NCBI GenBank assembly: GCA_963823665.1
Contig: CAWGMQ010000011.1
Span: forward strand, 160,001 to 224,000
Length of the DNA: 64,000 nt
Reading direction: 5' to 3'
Source of the DNA: an uncultured Planctomycetota bacterium
GTDB lineage: Bacteria; Planctomycetota; Planctomycetia; Isosphaerales; Isosphaeraceae
Made by a program: the position numbers and the translations under genes
The notes under the pieces: generated by a model
What the model was told of the DNA's origin: nothing
Seen by the model: the letters and a program-made list of their open reading frames with translations, nothing else
Databases searched by the model: none
Shown here: positions 31,535 through 41,587 of the stretch, in pieces
Position numbering within the stretch: the first letter of the stretch is position 1
Layout: the number at the start of each line of letters is the position of its first letter

Positions 31535-31945
31535 TCAAGCCGCGAGGGAAACCGAAATGAAGTACCACATCGCGATCGCGGTGCCCGCGGCAAGCAGGCT
31601 GTTGGTAATGAGCAAGGCTTTCACGACTTGACGGGAAGATGCTCGGGTCACGATGGCTACGGGCAACGCGGCGAACAGCCCCACTCGCAGTCCTTCGACG
31701 ATCAAGTATTCCAGGTCTGGCCATGAGTGTGGCCAGCCCCAAGCTAGCGCGCAACCCAGGACGTTTCCCAGCGTGGCGCTCGCTACGCACGTCACTGGAA
31801 CGAGACACCACTCGAGCGGAGAGAGGGCGGTCTTGCGGGGGAACGATTTGTTGAAGTCCGCCACCAAGCTGCGCAGCTCGGCTGCGATCTGGCGGCCCAG
31901 CCAGACTGCGGTCGGGAAATGTTGCAGCAGTGTTTGCCTGGACAT
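31535..31945 (-). CDS. Hypothetical membrane protein
   Basis: 136-aa ORF with three hydrophobic segments. Confidence 0.45.
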   Translation of the reverse strand: MSRQTLLQHFPTAVWLGRQIAAELRSLVADFNKSFPRKTALSPLEWCLVPVTCVASATLGNVLGCALAWGWPHSWPDLEYLIVEGLRVGLFAALPVAIVTRASSRQVVKALLITNSLLAAGTAIAMWYFISVSLAA

Positions 31946-32047
31946 GTGAGTTTTCTCGGGCAGTGCGACGGATTCCTTCGCGCTTGGTGCATTATACCAA
32001 TTTGACTCGTCAGCGGAATTTGCGGAACGGACGGTACGGGTTGATCC

Positions 32048-32092
32048 TGCGGAGAATAGCGGGTATTATCTCCGCAGAACGTGCGGAGAATA
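32048..32092 (+). promoter_or_regulatory. Triple operator-like repeat TGCGGAGAATA upstream of Fic gene
   Basis: Direct copies at 32048-32058 and 32082-32092, with a near-perfect inverted copy TTATCTCCGCA at 32066-32076. Confidence 0.55.
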
Positions 32093-32098
32093 ATCAGC

Positions 32099-33252
32099 GT
32101 GTACATCCACCGCAGATCCGGTTGGCCCCGATTTCACTGGGACCAGATTGCCCTGGCCGACAAGCTTGCTGCGGTGCGGCACAGGCAGGGGCGGCTTGTC
32201 GGCAGGATGGAGGCGCTCGGGTTTCGCCTTCGCGAGGAGGCGGTGCTCGCCACGCTCACGCAGGACGTGCTCAAGTCGAGCGAGATCGAGGGGGAGATTC
32301 TGGACAGCGATCAGGTGCGGTCGTCGATCGGCGCCGGCTGGGGTTGGATCTCGGGGGGCTCACACCGGCCGACCGGTATGTCGAGGGCATCGTCGAGATG
32401 ATGCTCGACGCGACTCAGAATTATCAAGAGCCACTGACGGTGGAACGGCTGTTCGGCTGGCATGCCGCGCTGTTTCCCACGGGGCGGAGTACCCTGCATC
32501 GGATCCGGGTGGGCGCATGGCGGGATGATCGCACCGGCCCCATGCAGGTCGTCTCGGGGCCGATTGGCAGGCAGCGGGTGCACTTCGAGGCGCCTGCGGC
32601 TGAGCGGCTGGACAAAGAAATGGGGTTGTTCCTTGACTGGTTCAACGGGCCGGTTGCAACCGACCAGGTTCTGTTTGCCGCTCAGGCCCATCTCTGGTTC
32701 GTGACCATTCACGCGTTCGACGACGGCAACGGGCGGATTGCCCGCGGCATCGCCGATATGGCCCTGGCGCGCTCCGAGCAGAGCCCGAAGCGGTTTTACA
32801 GCATGTCGGCGCAGATTCAGCTCGAGCGAAACGATTACTACAACATTTTGGAGCGGACACAGAAGGCCGGGCTCGAGGTCACGCCTTGGATGCACTGGTT
32901 CCTGGACTGTCTGGACCGGGCGTTTCTGGGCGCGGAAACCACACTGGCGAGCGTGCTGCGGAAGGCCCGGTTCTGGGATGCACACGCTGGAGAGTCGTTC
33001 GACGAACGGCAGCGGAAGGTTTTGGGGCGGTTGCTCGATGGGTTCGAGCGGAAGCTCACGTCCACGAAATGGGCCGAGCTCGGCAGTTGTTCGCAGGACA
33101 CGGCCGGGCGCGATATTGCGGATCTGGTCGGGCGCGGCATTTTGAGGAAGGATTCGGCGGGTGGTCGGAGTACGAGCTATTCGTTGATCGAACCAGTCGG
33201 GGAGCTCGAGCGCTCGCGAGGTTGGAGATCGGGTGGGAAGCGCAGCGGGTGA
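32099..33252 (+). CDS. Fic family protein with DUF4172-like N-terminus (frameshift ~32330)
   Basis: VYIHRRSGWPRFHWD...SSEIEGE in ORF 32081..; Fic motif HAFDDGNGRIAR and C-terminal HTH-like region in ORF ..33252. Confidence 0.85.
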
Positions 33253-33273
33253 CGGGAGTGAAGGGGGGACGCA

Positions 33274-33295
33274 CTTTCGCGGAGCGAAAGGCGAC
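33274..33295 (+). repeat. REP-like palindrome CTTTCGCGGAGCGAAAGGCGAC, copy 2
   Basis: Identical to 13858..13879; lies between convergent genes. Confidence 0.8.
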
Positions 33296-33337
33296 TCTGC
33301 TGGGAGTCTGCGGGGATACGACGGGCGATCGCGCCGG

Positions 33338-34426
33338 TCACAGGCAGGCACCGTGGCCGAGGGCGTTCAAGAGCAGGAGCAGGAAGTTGGCAACGTCCCG
33401 CTCGCCGTCGGGCTTTTCTGTTGCGATCGAGATGTCCACGATTCCCGGGCCTTCTTGCTGGATTTTGCGGGTGAATCGTGTTTCGGGGTGGTCCCAATAT
33501 CCTCGTACCATGGCGAGGGCGTTCTCATTCGCCGAGAGGCATTTGATCTTCGCGTTGTTGCGATTGGCTGGATCGACCCAGAAGACAAGGCCGGTCGGTT
33601 CGTTGTCCGGAGAGCCGGTCCCGGTCTTGGCGTTCAATTGGGGCGGACGACCGTGTCCGGCCTGTTTGACGTCCAAGCAGCGGATCGCCCAGGCTTTGGC
33701 GGTCGGGTCAAGGTGACGCCATTCGGGGCGGCTGGCGGGGAACGCGCGGGTTTCGGGCCGCTTTCCCATCCGCATGAGGACGGTGGTGAGATAAGCGTGA
33801 TCGGTGGCGAGGATGAGCGTGTTTGTGCCGGGAAGCGCGACGCAGAGAGGATAGGGCTCGCGCCCGGTCTTTTCGCCGGGAAGATCCCAGAAGACGTCCC
33901 ATTCGCTGCGCACCAGTTTGCCGTCGAATGTCGCGACCGAGACGCCGGAGAGGATCTCTGTCTTCGTGGCATGCTTGCTGAGTGACTGCTCGAGAGCCTT
34001 GCCGTCAGCACCAAAGTCGTTCTGGAAGATGACGATGAGGGCACCCTCGTATCGCATCATTCCGAATCCGTTCGGGGCACGAAAACGGCGGCTGCCGTGG
34101 ACGGCAAGCGCGATCGGCCGCGTGCGCAAGGTCTTCGCAAGCTCGGGGTCGAAGTGATCGTCGCCGATCGACAGGGTCATCAGTTGGGCGGTGCGCTCGA
34201 GTCCAAGGGCATCGACGTCGACTCCGCGAGGCTCGGCGCCAAGGGCGAATGGGCCTTGCGCGACCATGAGCGTCTCGGTGTCTTCCGGTAGCCACCATAA
34301 GACGTCATCGACGGCTTTGCTTAGCTTGAAGTGGTGGGGCTGAGCCTGGGACGACGGCGCAAGCGCGATGGTGGAAACGACGCCAAGCCAGCATGCGAGA
34401 GCAGTCGTTCGTGTCATTGCGTTCAT
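33338..34426 (-). CDS. Hypothetical secreted protein
   Basis: Signal peptide ending SQA; GAGG RBS; 362 aa. Confidence 0.6.
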   Translation of the reverse strand: MNAMTRTTALACWLGVVSTIALAPSSQAQPHHFKLSKAVDDVLWWLPEDTETLMVAQGPFALGAEPRGVDVDALGLERTAQLMTLSIGDDHFDPELAKTLRTRPIALAVHGSRRFRAPNGFGMMRYEGALIVIFQNDFGADGKALEQSLSKHATKTEILSGVSVATFDGKLVRSEWDVFWDLPGEKTGREPYPLCVALPGTNTLILATDHAYLTTVLMRMGKRPETRAFPASRPEWRHLDPTAKAWAIRCLDVKQAGHGRPPQLNAKTGTGSPDNEPTGLVFWVDPANRNNAKIKCLSANENALAMVRGYWDHPETRFTRKIQQEGPGIVDISIATEKPDGERDVANFLLLLLNALGHGACL

Positions 34427-34545
34427 CCTCTAGCGTCCATGTTGTTCTGGCGGAAGCGTGGCGGTTTGGACAGAATCTGTCAAGCCGAGGAATAGATCGA
34501 GGGCTCTGCTGGCGCGGGCATTTTTTGTCACTTGAGGATAGATCG

Positions 34546-36072
34546 ATGCGATCGGTGCTAATGCGGTTCCGCTTGGGCACGATCTGGGCGTTCGCTTGCT
34601 GGGCTTTGGGCTCGTGGCCGTGTGCGGAAGAAGCCGTTTTCGCCGGTGGTCCCGCTGGTGCGCGGCGGCCGAATATCCTCATCGCCATTGCCGACGATTG
34701 GTCGTACGGGCATGCCGGGGTCTATGGCTGCGGGTGGGTACAAACACCGGCGTTCGATCGCGTCGCGCGGGAGGGCGTGCTGTTCAAGAATGCCTTCACG
34801 AATAACCCCAAATGCAGCCCGTGCCGCGCGAGCTTGCTCACCGGGCGAAATACCTGGCAGCTTGACGAGGCGTGCAATCACTTCGGCGTCTTTCCAGCGC
34901 GGTGGCCGGTGTACCCTGACTTGCTCGAGCAGGCGGGGTACCATGTCGGGTTCACCGGCAAGGGCTGGGGGCCGGGCGATTTTCGCGCGGGCGGGTTCAA
35001 ACGCAACCCGGCCGGAGCGGAGTATGGCCGGTATAAGTCCGCGCCGCCTCATCGCAACGTCGCGAGCGTCGACTACGCACGCAACTTCGCCGACTTTTTG
35101 GCAAATCGCAAGGCCGGCCAGCCGTTCTGCTTCTGGTACGGCGGAAATGAGCCGCATCGGGAATACGAGGAGGGCGTCGGGCGGCGGTTGGGCAAAGATC
35201 CCAAGGCTGTCAAGCTTCCCTCGTATTACCCCGATTCGGATCTGATCCGCAATGACATGCTCGATTACGCCGTCGAGGTCGAGTGGTTTGACACGCATCT
35301 CGGGCGGATGATCGCGCTTCTGGAGCAGGCGGGTGAGCTGGATGACACGCTCATTGTTGTCACGTCGGATCATGGGATGCCGTTTCCTCGAGTCAAGGGG
35401 CAGATCTACGAGCACGGCGTGCATCTTCCGTGCGCAGTGCGGTGGGGCAGCCGCGCGGGAAAAGGGCGGGTTGTCGACGACTTCATCAACGTGCGGGATC
35501 TGGCGCCGACGTTCCTCGAGGCTGCGGGAATGGCGATTCCGGCATCCATCACCGGGCGCAGCTTCCTCGACGTGCTGGTGAGCGGGAGGTCGGGGAAGGT
35601 GGATCTGGCGCGGGATCGCGTGCTGCTGGGCAAGGAGCGGCACGACCTGGGCCGGCCGCTGGATCAGGGGTATCCGGTGCGAGCGATCAGAACTGCGGAA
35701 TATTTCTACATTCTCAACTACGAGCCGGACCGCTGGCCGGTGGGTAACCCGGAGACCGGGTACCGCAACTGCGACGACGGACCAAGCAAGACATTCATCC
35801 TTTCGCGATTTGACGCGTTTTACCGGCTCTGTTTCGGCAAGCGGCCGCGCGAGGAGCTGTACCGGGTCGGCGACGACCCGGACTGCGTGAAGAACCTGGC
35901 GGAGCAGCCGGAGCTGCGGCCGGTCAAACAGAAGCTGCGGGAGGAGATGGAGGCGGCGCTGCGGCGGGAAGGAGATCCACGGGCGCTGGGAAACGGGGGG
36001 ATTTTTGACACTTATGAATATGTTGGGCCGCGGCTGCACTCTTGGGATCGATGGCTGAAATACCAGAAGTGA
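34546..36072 (+). CDS. Sulfatase (Cys-type, N-sulfoglucosamine sulfohydrolase-like)
   Basis: RPNILIAIADD, CSPCRASLLTGR signature, TSDHG, EPHR. Confidence 0.9.
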   Translation: MRSVLMRFRLGTIWAFACWALGSWPCAEEAVFAGGPAGARRPNILIAIADDWSYGHAGVYGCGWVQTPAFDRVAREGVLFKNAFTNNPKCSPCRASLLTGRNTWQLDEACNHFGVFPARWPVYPDLLEQAGYHVGFTGKGWGPGDFRAGGFKRNPAGAEYGRYKSAPPHRNVASVDYARNFADFLANRKAGQPFCFWYGGNEPHREYEEGVGRRLGKDPKAVKLPSYYPDSDLIRNDMLDYAVEVEWFDTHLGRMIALLEQAGELDDTLIVVTSDHGMPFPRVKGQIYEHGVHLPCAVRWGSRAGKGRVVDDFINVRDLAPTFLEAAGMAIPASITGRSFLDVLVSGRSGKVDLARDRVLLGKERHDLGRPLDQGYPVRAIRTAEYFYILNYEPDRWPVGNPETGYRNCDDGPSKTFILSRFDAFYRLCFGKRPREELYRVGDDPDCVKNLAEQPELRPVKQKLREEMEAALRREGDPRALGNGGIFDTYEYVGPRLHSWDRWLKYQK

Positions 36073-36264
36073 TGACTTGCTGGCCGAGTACGCACGAACT
36101 CAGATGGGCCTGTGGAAGCGGACTCGGGACAACGGGACAGGGCGAATTCAGGGATTTTGAACAGAAGGTAAGCAAGTTAACGAAGAGGAGGCATAGGACA
36201 GGTTGACTTGTGATCAGGCTCCACATAGGATCGGCGGTGGGCGCGTTCTTTGATGAATGGAGGT

Positions 36265-37454
36265 ATGATGGCCGAGCAACGTAAGATCGTCACTGCCGCG
36301 CCGGAGAATAGCGAGACGCCGATCGATTCGCTGCGCAGTTGGGTCACGCCGACGCGGCTGTTTTTTGTCCGCAATCACTTTCCTGTGCCGGAAATCGACC
36401 TGGCGGACTGGCGCTTGAGTGTTGAAGGTTGTGTCAAGAATCGGCGCGAGTGGACGTGGGATGAATTGATGGAGCTGCCCGAGCACACCGTGTTTGCCAC
36501 GGTTGAGTGCGCGGGGAACGGGCGCTCGTTTCTGGCGCCGGTGCAGGCGGGCGTGCAGTGGGGCGCAGGGGCTGTTGGCCACGCGGAGTGGACCGGGGTG
36601 CCGCTCAAGTTCGTGCTGGAACGATCGGGGCTTGCGCCTGATGCGCTCGAGGTGCTCTTCGAGGGGGTGGATACCGGAACGGAGCATGACCATCCGGAGC
36701 CGATGGCGTTTGAGGCGCAGCTTGCCGCTGGCGAAGGCGCTTCATCCAGATACACTGCTGGCTTCGCGGATGAACGGGGATCTGCTCGAGCCGGCGCACG
36801 GATACCCGCTGCGGCTGATGGTGCCGGGGTGGTACGGGGTGGCCTCGGTGAAGTGGCTGCGGCGGATCGAGGTGGTGAGCACACCGTTTCGCGGCTATTT
36901 CCAGTCGATCAAGTACACGTATCAGCTCAAGACCGAGCGCGGAGTCGAAACAGAAATTGTCGGGCCGATGATGCCGAAGTCGGAGATCGTGCGCCCGCGC
37001 CGGCGAGGTGCTTTCCCTGGGCGATCAGAGGTTCTTCGGCGCGGCGTGGGCGGGCGAAGACAGTGTGAGCCGGGTCGAGGTGAGCACGGACGGCGGCGAG
37101 ACCTGGACCGAAGCGACGATGATGGGCCCGCAGGCCCCGTATTCGTGGACGCTGTGGGAATATCGCTGGCGGGCTGAGTCGGAGGGCGAGCACAAGATTC
37201 TGGCGCGTGCGACTTCGTCGAGCGGCCGGGTGCAGCCGGAGGGGCATGAGTCGCTTAACGGGGGCTACCTGATTCACCATAGCCGGCCGCTTCAGGTGCG
37301 TGTGGAGCGTGTTGCCGCCCATGCGGAGGCGGACGCCACTGCCGTCTCTTCCCATGCGCACACGATCATGTACGACATGAATGCGTATGCCGAGGAGAAT
37401 ATGCGTTTGCCACTCGACGTTGAGATGGAGTTCATGGGTGGTGGGGGGATTTGA
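36265..37454 (+). CDS. Sulfite oxidase family molybdoenzyme (frameshifts ~36715 and ~37010)
   Basis: FFVRNH, ECAGNGR, AEWTGVPL, HGYPLRL.VPGWYG...VKWL, VEVSTDGG.TW across ORFs 36250.., 36494.., 37008.. Confidence 0.85.
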
Positions 37455-37794
37455 GCGCGGGCGCGGGTGCTCCGGGGAGACGTTCGAACGCGGCCGGAAA
37501 AAGACATCGTTGCTGAGGTTCGGCGAAGGTTGCGGTTACAAACAAAACCGGATACGGCCACTACGGGTCAGGCTATGCGATCATTGCAAACGACCGGAAT
37601 GGGTAGTCGGGAACGCCCTCGCGAGCCAGTGCAGCAGCGCATGCCCTAACCCGCAATTGCACCACGACTTACTCGCTCATTCTCCCGCTCCCGCGGAGAC
37701 GCCTGCCCCCACTCCCGCCTTGCTGATCCGATTTCGCTCACCATAATTGAAAGAATACGCGCCCACGCCTGTGTATTACTGTTGGAGGAACCGC

Positions 37795-38403
37795 ATGACC
37801 GATTCGCCAGCGACCAGGCAGAGTCTTGTGGCTCGGTTGAAAAGCCCGCGGGACGAGCAGGCATGGGGGGAGTTCGTGGAAATCTACACTCCGCTCGTCA
37901 GCAGCCTGGCGCGCGCGAAGGGCTGGCAAGCGGCCGATTCCGCCGACCTGGCCCAGGAGGTGTTTCGATCGGTCGCAGAGGCCATCGACCGATACGACCC
38001 GGACCCCGCACGCGGCTCCTTCCGAAGCTGGCTGTTTCGAATCGCCCGCAACCTCATGATCAACCTGCTCGCGGCCCGTCGCCTCCGCCCCCAAGGCAGC
38101 GGCGACTCGAACGTCCGCGAGATGCTCGAATCGGTCCCCGCGCCCGAAGGTGCTGAAACCGCCCTGTTTGATGTCGAATACCGCCGCCGGATTTTCCTGT
38201 GGGCGACCGATCAGATTCGCGACGAATTCCGCCAGTCAACCTGGCAGGCATTCTGGCTCACCGCGGTCGAGGGGCAAGACCCCGCCACCGCGGCCAGGTC
38301 GTGCGGCATCTCGGTGGGGGCAGTCTACATCGCGCGCAGCCGCGTCATGGCCCGGTTGAGAACCGTGATCGAACAAGCTGAAGGCGAATCCCGTTACTCG
38401 TGA
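37795..38403 (+). CDS. ECF RNA polymerase sigma factor
   Basis: TRQSLVARL...AWGEFVEIY, DLAQEVF, SFRSWLFRIARN, AVYIARSRV; GGAGG RBS. Confidence 0.9.
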   Translation: MTDSPATRQSLVARLKSPRDEQAWGEFVEIYTPLVSSLARAKGWQAADSADLAQEVFRSVAEAIDRYDPDPARGSFRSWLFRIARNLMINLLAARRLRPQGSGDSNVREMLESVPAPEGAETALFDVEYRRRIFLWATDQIRDEFRQSTWQAFWLTAVEGQDPATAARSCGISVGAVYIARSRVMARLRTVIEQAEGESRYS

Positions 38404-38437
38404 TCGATGGCACAGACGAAGTGTCCAGGAGAAATCC

Positions 38438-41400
38438 ATGCCCGCGCCCCAGAACCAAAACGAGTGCAAGCGCCATCGATTGCGCCTCTCCCTCGATGAC
38501 CGGCTCTCCCAAAGCGAGCAGGCCGAGCTGGCCGCTCACCTCGAAGCCTGCCCGGCCTGCCGCCGTGAGCTCGAGGGAATGGCGGCCGCCAGTCACTTCT
38601 GGGGCGATGCGGCGCTGCTCCGCGGCGAGCCTTGGGCCGCGAAGGCAGCCACTGGCGTTCATTCCGATCCGCTCGCGAATTTCGACGACGACGATCGGCC
38701 CGACGCCGCCGGTCTGGATGGCCGCTGGCTCGACTTCCTCGACCCGAGCGATCCGGAGCGCCCGGAAGCACTCGGGCGTCTCGGTCCGTACGACATCCTC
38801 GAGGTGCTCGGGCGCGGCGGCATGGGCATCGTGCTCAAAGGGCGTGACCCGGCGCTGGAGCGCACCGTCGCCATCAAGGTACTCGCCCCCACGCTCGCAC
38901 ACTCCGCCAGCGCACGCCGCCGCTTCGCGCGGGAAGCCCGCGCTGTTGCGGCCGTCGTGCACGAGCACATCATCGCGATTCACGCCGTCGACGAGTTTCA
39001 CGGCCTGCCTTATCTCGTCATGGAATACGTCTCCGGCCGCTCGGTCCAGGATAAGCTCGACGCGTCCGGTCCGCTCGAAATCCGCGAGATCCTCCGCATC
39101 GGCATGCAGGCTGCCCACGCGCTGGCTGCGGCACACGCGCAAGGGGTCGTCCATCGCGATATCAAGCCGGCCAACATCCTGCTCGAAAACTGCGTCGAGC
39201 GCGTCAAGCTCACCGATTTTGGGTTGGCTCGCGCGATCGACGACGCCAGCCTCACCCAGAGCGGTGTGATCGCCGGAACGCCGCAATACATGGCGCCGGA
39301 ACAGGCGCGCGGGGAGCCGGTCGACGCGCGAGCCGACCTCTTCGCACTGGGCGCAGCAATCTACGCCATGGCCTGCGGGCGCTCGCCGTTCCGGGCCGAC
39401 TCGGCGATGGCCGTGCTCAAACGCGTGTGCGACGTCCGCCATGCGTCAATCCGTGAGCTCAACCCGGACGTGCCCCCGTGGCTCGCCGCCATCGTCGATC
39501 GCCTGCTGGCGAAAGAACCGGCCGACCGCTTCCAGACCGCTGCGGAGGTTGCCGACCTGCTCGAAGGCGGACTCGCCCATCTTCAACAGCCGGAGAGCTT
39601 GCCGCCACCCGTCGTTGACGCGGCCGAAGCAATCCTCTCGAAGCCTGATGCATTCGATCTCGAGCTCGACCCGCCCGATCTGCCCCCGGCCCGCCGTCGC
39701 CTTCGCCCCCTGTCCATCGCCGCTGCACTCCTGCTGGTGGCCATTACCGGAATCGGCGTCACCGACGCCGCCGGCTTGACGCAGGTTTCCGACTTCGTCG
39801 CCACCATCCTTCGGATCAAGACAGCCGATGGTGCGCTGATCGTCAAGGTCGAGGACCCTGCGGTGAAAGTTCAAGTCGACGGCGATGAGATTGTCATTGG
39901 CGGCACGGGCCAGCAGGAAGTGCGGCTTCGACCCGGACGCCATCGCGTTCAAGCCACGCGAGACGGCCGGCCAGTCCGTGACGATTTCGTGACCATCAGC
40001 AGAGGTGGAAAGGAAATCGTCAACATCACATTCGAACCTGCAGTCGCGTTCCTTGCGCCGCCCGAAGCACCAAGTCCATACGTTGCGGGCGTAGGTGCGC
40101 TCCCGAGCCCCAATCCGTACGTTGCGCCGGTAGGTGCGCTCCCGAGCCCCAATCCGTATGCGATCGGATCGGCTGCTCCCGCCCCGACATCGGTTCCCGT
40201 ACCCGAGGGGTCAACTCTTCCGCCCGTCGCTCCAGCAGAGCGGGCAGGAACGCCGAGTTCTATCCCTATCACTCCGGCAGATCCATCCGACGCCCCGGTT
40301 CTTCAGCCCGGTGGTCCCGCGCCGGCGCACTCCCTGCCAGCTCCTGCATCCGGCGCGCCACCCGGTGAGCCCGCTCGGTCAGTGAATCCACCCGCGCCTT
40401 CCGCTCTTCCGCAGCCGACAGTTGCGCCTTCGCCCGCGGCGACGACGCCTTCGGCTTCCGGATCCAGTGACGTGCGGCTTCCATCGGTGGTTGCGAAGCG
40501 AGTGTCCACTTACGGCATGGTCTGTGCGCTGGAGTTCTCCCCCGACGGGCGCACGCTCGCGATCGGGCAGCAGTGCGTCGGTAAGCCGGAATCCATTGTG
40601 TCGATCTGGCAGGTTGCCGATCACGGTGCGGTGTTTTGTTTACATCATCCGTTTGGATTCGGAGGCCTGGCGTTTGCGCCCGACGGCCGTGGCCTGGCCA
40701 CGGGACTCAAGGACGGCACGGTCACGATCTTTGACGATATCCATGCGCGAACGATGGGCGAGAGCGAGAATCAGGGGTCGGCTGTGACGTGCGTGGTGTT
40801 TCTGGCGAAAAGCTCGCTGGTCGCTGCCGGGGACCGGAATGGATGGGTTCGATTCCACGGCCCGGCCGGTAAGACCAAGCTCCAACCCATCAGGTATCCG
40901 GGGGCGGTCTTGAGCCTGGCAAGCAGCCCCGATGGCTCGATGCTGGCGGTCGGGGGCGATGCCAAGGTCGTTCATATTTACGACCTGGTGAAGCAAGAGC
41001 TCAAGGCGATCCTGGAAGGGCACACGCGACCGATCGAGTCGCTCGACTTCTCTTCCGACGGGAAGCTGCTCGCCTCAGCCGGCGGGTCAACCGTGCGGTT
41101 GTGGGATACAACTACGTGGAAGAGTAAAGGAGAGCGCTTTCAACTTAATCCGCCAGCGCTTTGCGTTCGCTTTTCGCCGGATGCGAAGACGCTTGCGCTC
41201 TCGGACGGTGACAAGTATTTTCAGCACGAAAAGTCCGAGGCGACGGTGATTATCCTCTGGAATCTCGCCGCCGGCGCCGAAGTCTTGCGGCTGTCCGGTC
41301 ACAAGAACGCGATCTGCGCCCTGGCCTTCTCGCCCGACGGCCGAATTCTCGCCTCGGGAAGCACGGATCAAACTGTGAAGCTCTGGAGCACCCACACCGG

Positions 41401-41461
41401 CGAGCTTCGCGAAACGATCGGGCCCGCCGATACGAACACGTCCCGGCCTCGTGCCGAGTGA
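38438..41461 (+). CDS. Ser/Thr protein kinase with N-terminal HxxxCxxC zinc finger, TM, Pro-rich linker and WD40 repeats
   Basis: HLEACPAC; GRGGMG, VAIK, HRDIKPAN, DFG, GTPQYMAPE; GH...AFSPDG...VKLW repeats. Confidence 0.92.
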   Translation: MPAPQNQNECKRHRLRLSLDDRLSQSEQAELAAHLEACPACRRELEGMAAASHFWGDAALLRGEPWAAKAATGVHSDPLANFDDDDRPDAAGLDGRWLDFLDPSDPERPEALGRLGPYDILEVLGRGGMGIVLKGRDPALERTVAIKVLAPTLAHSASARRRFAREARAVAAVVHEHIIAIHAVDEFHGLPYLVMEYVSGRSVQDKLDASGPLEIREILRIGMQAAHALAAAHAQGVVHRDIKPANILLENCVERVKLTDFGLARAIDDASLTQSGVIAGTPQYMAPEQARGEPVDARADLFALGAAIYAMACGRSPFRADSAMAVLKRVCDVRHASIRELNPDVPPWLAAIVDRLLAKEPADRFQTAAEVADLLEGGLAHLQQPESLPPPVVDAAEAILSKPDAFDLELDPPDLPPARRRLRPLSIAAALLLVAITGIGVTDAAGLTQVSDFVATILRIKTADGALIVKVEDPAVKVQVDGDEIVIGGTGQQEVRLRPGRHRVQATRDGRPVRDDFVTISRGGKEIVNITFEPAVAFLAPPEAPSPYVAGVGALPSPNPYVAPVGALPSPNPYAIGSAAPAPTSVPVPEGSTLPPVAPAERAGTPSSIPITPADPSDAPVLQPGGPAPAHSLPAPASGAPPGEPARSVNPPAPSALPQPTVAPSPAATTPSASGSSDVRLPSVVAKRVSTYGMVCALEFSPDGRTLAIGQQCVGKPESIVSIWQVADHGAVFCLHHPFGFGGLAFAPDGRGLATGLKDGTVTIFDDIHARTMGESENQGSAVTCVVFLAKSSLVAAGDRNGWVRFHGPAGKTKLQPIRYPGAVLSLASSPDGSMLAVGGDAKVVHIYDLVKQELKAILEGHTRPIESLDFSSDGKLLASAGGSTVRLWDTTTWKSKGERFQLNPPALCVRFSPDAKTLALSDGDKYFQHEKSEATVIILWNLAAGAEVLRLSGHKNAICALAFSPDGRILASGSTDQTVKLWSTHTGELRETIGPADTNTSRPRAE
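40077..40160 (+). repeat. 39-bp tandem duplication encoding PYVA.VGALPSPN
   Basis: gtaggtgcgctcccgagccccaatccgta occurs twice 39 nt apart in the kinase Pro-rich linker. Confidence 0.8.
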
Positions 41462-41587
41462 CAGTGTGGGATGTCCAAGGATGTGTCCGGACGAGCTGGG
41501 TCCAGGCACGCCCGCCCAGATGCACGTTGTTCTTGCCGATGCCCGCGAGCTTCACCTGACCCGAACCGGTGCCTTTCTCCTTTCAGC

